Below are positions 61,873 through 64,000 of a stretch of 64,000 bases of DNA, piece by piece. Source of the DNA: a virus; IMG/VR virus record IMGVR_UViG_3300047554_000303, positions 1 to 64,000 of that record; one strand, given 5' to 3'. Numbering within the stretch: the first letter of the stretch is position 1; every line of letters begins with the position of its first letter. The position numbers were made by a program, and so were the translations under genes. The notes below the pieces were generated by a model. That model made no database searches, was not told where the DNA came from, and saw only the letters and a list, made by a program, of their open reading frames with translations.

Positions 61873-62017
61873 CAAGTTCCTTTCCTCCTCTAATCAGGTC
61901 TTGAATCCTGGGTTTTACACTGTCTGGTAGAAGCAAGTCTAGCTTAATAACAGTCAGAATCCTATCCTGCTCGTCGGCTCGCCCCATGTAATAGCCGTCA
62001 AAGTACTCTTTGCTCAC
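61865..62017 (-). CDS. 50-aa hypothetical protein
   Basis: Hand-translated (V)SKEYFDGYYMGRADEQDRILTVIK...; GTGA overlap. Confidence 0.55.
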   Translation of the reverse strand: MSKEYFDGYYMGRADEQDRILTVIKLDLLLPDSVKPRIQDLIRGGKELDD

Positions 62018-62220
62018 GCCTTCTTTTGAGATGCCCATATTGGTGCTTTCGTTTCATTCTTCTTCAAGGTCAGTACAGCGTCGTAGTGACCGTTCTTCTT
62101 TAGCAACTCTAGAATACGTAGGTACTCAGAGTGCTTCCCTGCAGTTGCTCCTCTGGTCATGGCAGCAGCGTAGTGCTCAGCTGCGATGTCTAGCGGAACT
62201 AGTTGTTCAAGTGTGCTCAT
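62014..62220 (-). CDS. Hypothetical protein
   Basis: TAATG coupling. Confidence 0.55.
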   Translation of the reverse strand: MSTLEQLVPLDIAAEHYAAAMTRGATAGKHSEYLRILELLKKNGHYDAVLTLKKNETKAPIWASQKKA

Positions 62221-62597
62221 TAGTTAACCCTCCCGATAATCCCTTGCGGGTTGTAGTTGTTTGTTGCATCATTTCCACGAGCGCCCTTGGTGTCACCAAC
62301 TACTCGTGCTCCTGTTAGGGAACCGTACTTGCTGCCTGACTGCTCCATAGGGTAGCCACATTCGTAGCAACGTGGCTTGGAGCCATTAAATCCGAAGTAA
62401 TTGTCAGAACCACAGTCAGGACATGCAGCGGTCTGAGAGGCGCTCTGAGCCTTCACGGTAGGCTGCTGAGGTGCTGGGGCCTGGTAAGCAGTCATAGGCA
62501 CCTGAGAGGGTGCCTGAGGGACGCTCTGGGTCCTTGCTGGGGGTGGGGTAGGCTGTTGTTGCTGGAGCTTCTTTGCCCACCAGTCTGAGTTTGTCAT
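62220..62597 (-). CDS. Zinc-ribbon protein with a Pro/Gln-rich linker
   Basis: CPDCGSDNY...CYECGYP. Confidence 0.7.
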   Translation of the reverse strand: MTNSDWWAKKLQQQQPTPPPARTQSVPQAPSQVPMTAYQAPAPQQPTVKAQSASQTAACPDCGSDNYFGFNGSKPRCYECGYPMEQSGSKYGSLTGARVVGDTKGARGNDATNNYNPQGIIGRVN

Positions 62598-63004
62598 TTG
62601 TACCTCTTTGGTATCTCTAGTAGTCCCATGTCTACAAGCTGGGAGATTGCTCCTAAAAGAGCCGCCACCGACACTTGTTCAAGTAACTTTCTACTATCCC
62701 ACCATACAGCATCTGGGAGTTTTGCCATGGAGCTGGGCAGGTTTGTCCGCTGATACTCAACTGCCCCCTGAGATAACGATTGTGCGTGAGCATAAAGAAG
62801 TGGAATAAGGTGAGAGATACGCTCTAGACGCTTTTCGCTCTCTTCCTCTTCTTTCTCCATAAGCTCGTCGCTCTCTGCAGCGCACCCTAGAATCATACTA
62901 ATCTCGTGAGCGTTGTTTATCTGGGAGTCCAGAAGGAAGCCCCGCATACGAGTGCTAATCTCAGCCATAGTAAGGTCAGCCTTTGGCTTTTTAAATAGTC
63001 TCAC
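62594..63004 (-). CDS. Hypothetical protein
   Basis: GTGA overlap with polA. Confidence 0.6.
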   Translation of the reverse strand: MRLFKKPKADLTMAEISTRMRGFLLDSQINNAHEISMILGCAAESDELMEKEEEESEKRLERISHLIPLLYAHAQSLSQGAVEYQRTNLPSSMAKLPDAVWWDSRKLLEQVSVAALLGAISQLVDMGLLEIPKRYK

Positions 63005-64000
63005 TTAGCTTCGCCCCACTTGTCTACAATCTTGACGTCTGCAACCAACGGCACTGTGATAGCTCCCAACTTAATTCCTTCCATGGACTTTCGGATAGCT
63101 TCTGCTGTTTCCTCTGCCCTATCTTCTGGAGTAATGGTCACGAGTTCGTCGTGCACCGTTAGAATCAAGTTTATATCAGGCTCATTTACAAAGCACGAGT
63201 GGGCACGCACCAGGGCGAGTTTCATAATGTCAGCAGCTGAACCCTGAATCACAGTGTTAAAGGCTTGACGCTCTGCACGTGCTAGAAGTCCCTGCTCTTT
63301 ACTCTTTAGGTCTGGGATGTAACGACGACGACCAAACAGAGTTTCTACGTAAGGAATTGGAGCCTGCTGCTTTGCTAAACGCACGACCTTAGCCTTGTAC
63401 TTATCAATCGACGAGAACTTCTTCTCAAAGTTAGTCAAAAGGTCTTTGGCTTCTTTCAGAGTACAACCGATGCTTGCAGCAATCTTGTCTGGACCTACTC
63501 CATAAGATATAGCTAATACAAGAACCTTACCAGCCTTGCGGTCTACACCCATAGTGTCACCGATAGCGGTGTAGATGTCACCGCCTGTTCGATAGTTCTC
63601 CACCATAACTGGGTCGTTTGAGAACGACGCAATAACACGTGGCTCAATCTGAGAGTAGTCAGCAACAACCAGCTTGTGTCCTGGAGGTGCAATGAATAGG
63701 TTACGAACTAGCTTTCCGTAGTCACCAGAAGACGGAATGTTCTGGAGGTTAGGCTCTGACGAAGAAAAGCGCCCAGTCTCAGCACCGTGTGCCTTGAAGT
63801 TGGTGTGGACTCGTCCGTTGATTAGCAGAGAAGACTTCTGAATAATCTTCTTCTTGCCGTTAGTCTCACGCTCTACTTCTCCACCTTTATAGGGTGTTAC
63901 ATATGTCGTCATGAGCTTGTTTAGGTCTTGGTACTCCAACAGAGTGTCTACCAGCGGGTCTTTACCGCGGTAGAACTCCAGCGCCTCTGCTGAAACAGAG
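63001..64000 (-). CDS. polA: DNA polymerase family A, C-terminal part (gene begins beyond the right edge)
   Basis: TGRFSSSEPNLQNIP, ADYSQIEPR, KVLVLAISYG, IQGSAAD, VHDE. Confidence 0.95.
   Translation of the reverse strand, partial: SVSAEALEFYRGKDPLVDTLLEYQDLNKLMTTYVTPYKGGEVERETNGKKKIIQKSSLLINGRVHTNFKAHGAETGRFSSSEPNLQNIPSSGDYGKLVRNLFIAPPGHKLVVADYSQIEPRVIASFSNDPVMVENYRTGGDIYTAIGDTMGVDRKAGKVLVLAISYGVGPDKIAASIGCTLKEAKDLLTNFEKKFSSIDKYKAKVVRLAKQQAPIPYVETLFGRRRYIPDLKSKEQGLLARAERQAFNTVIQGSAADIMKLALVRAHSCFVNEPDINLILTVHDELVTITPEDRAEETAEAIRKSMEGIKLGAITVPLVADVKIVDKWGEAK

Overview
This 64-kb window is part of a tailed dsDNA phage genome (Caudoviricetes). The host is most likely an actinobacterium, judging from two WhiB genes, PASTA domains, leaderless TANNNT-N6-start genes and GAAAGGA-type RBSs. 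The minus strand from 1 to 36.8 kb carries, left to right: an array of modular fibre/adhesin cassettes, a head-completion gene, N4-gp56-type major capsid, scaffold, portal, large terminase, lysis/cell-wall genes (M23, NlpC/P60, holin-like), Hsp20, an RNA-rich island (two atypical tRNAs, a tRNA-like RNA and several unidentified structured RNAs) and small accessory genes. The plus strand from 37.3 to 47.7 kb is an early-type operon of small ORFs with a highly structured leader, an intergenic type II hammerhead ribozyme, a MoxR-like AAA/VWA pair and WhiB. The minus strand from 47.8 to 64 kb has a TTA-rich nucleotidyltransferase/HAD/TGT-fold triad, basic hypothetical proteins, SpoVS, RuvC-like, NrdH, a Cas4-like exonuclease, WhiB, RecA and DNA polymerase A. 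The most striking signal is an RNA-level control layer: (i) a hammerhead whose stem II sequesters the downstream RBS, (ii) a D-armless tRNA-like RNA with a G3-U70 pair whose loop is complementary to the early-gene RBS consensus, and (iii) further late-strand hairpins that display anti-Shine-Dalgarno loops. All calls come from reading the sequence and recalling motifs; no searches or folding programs were run.
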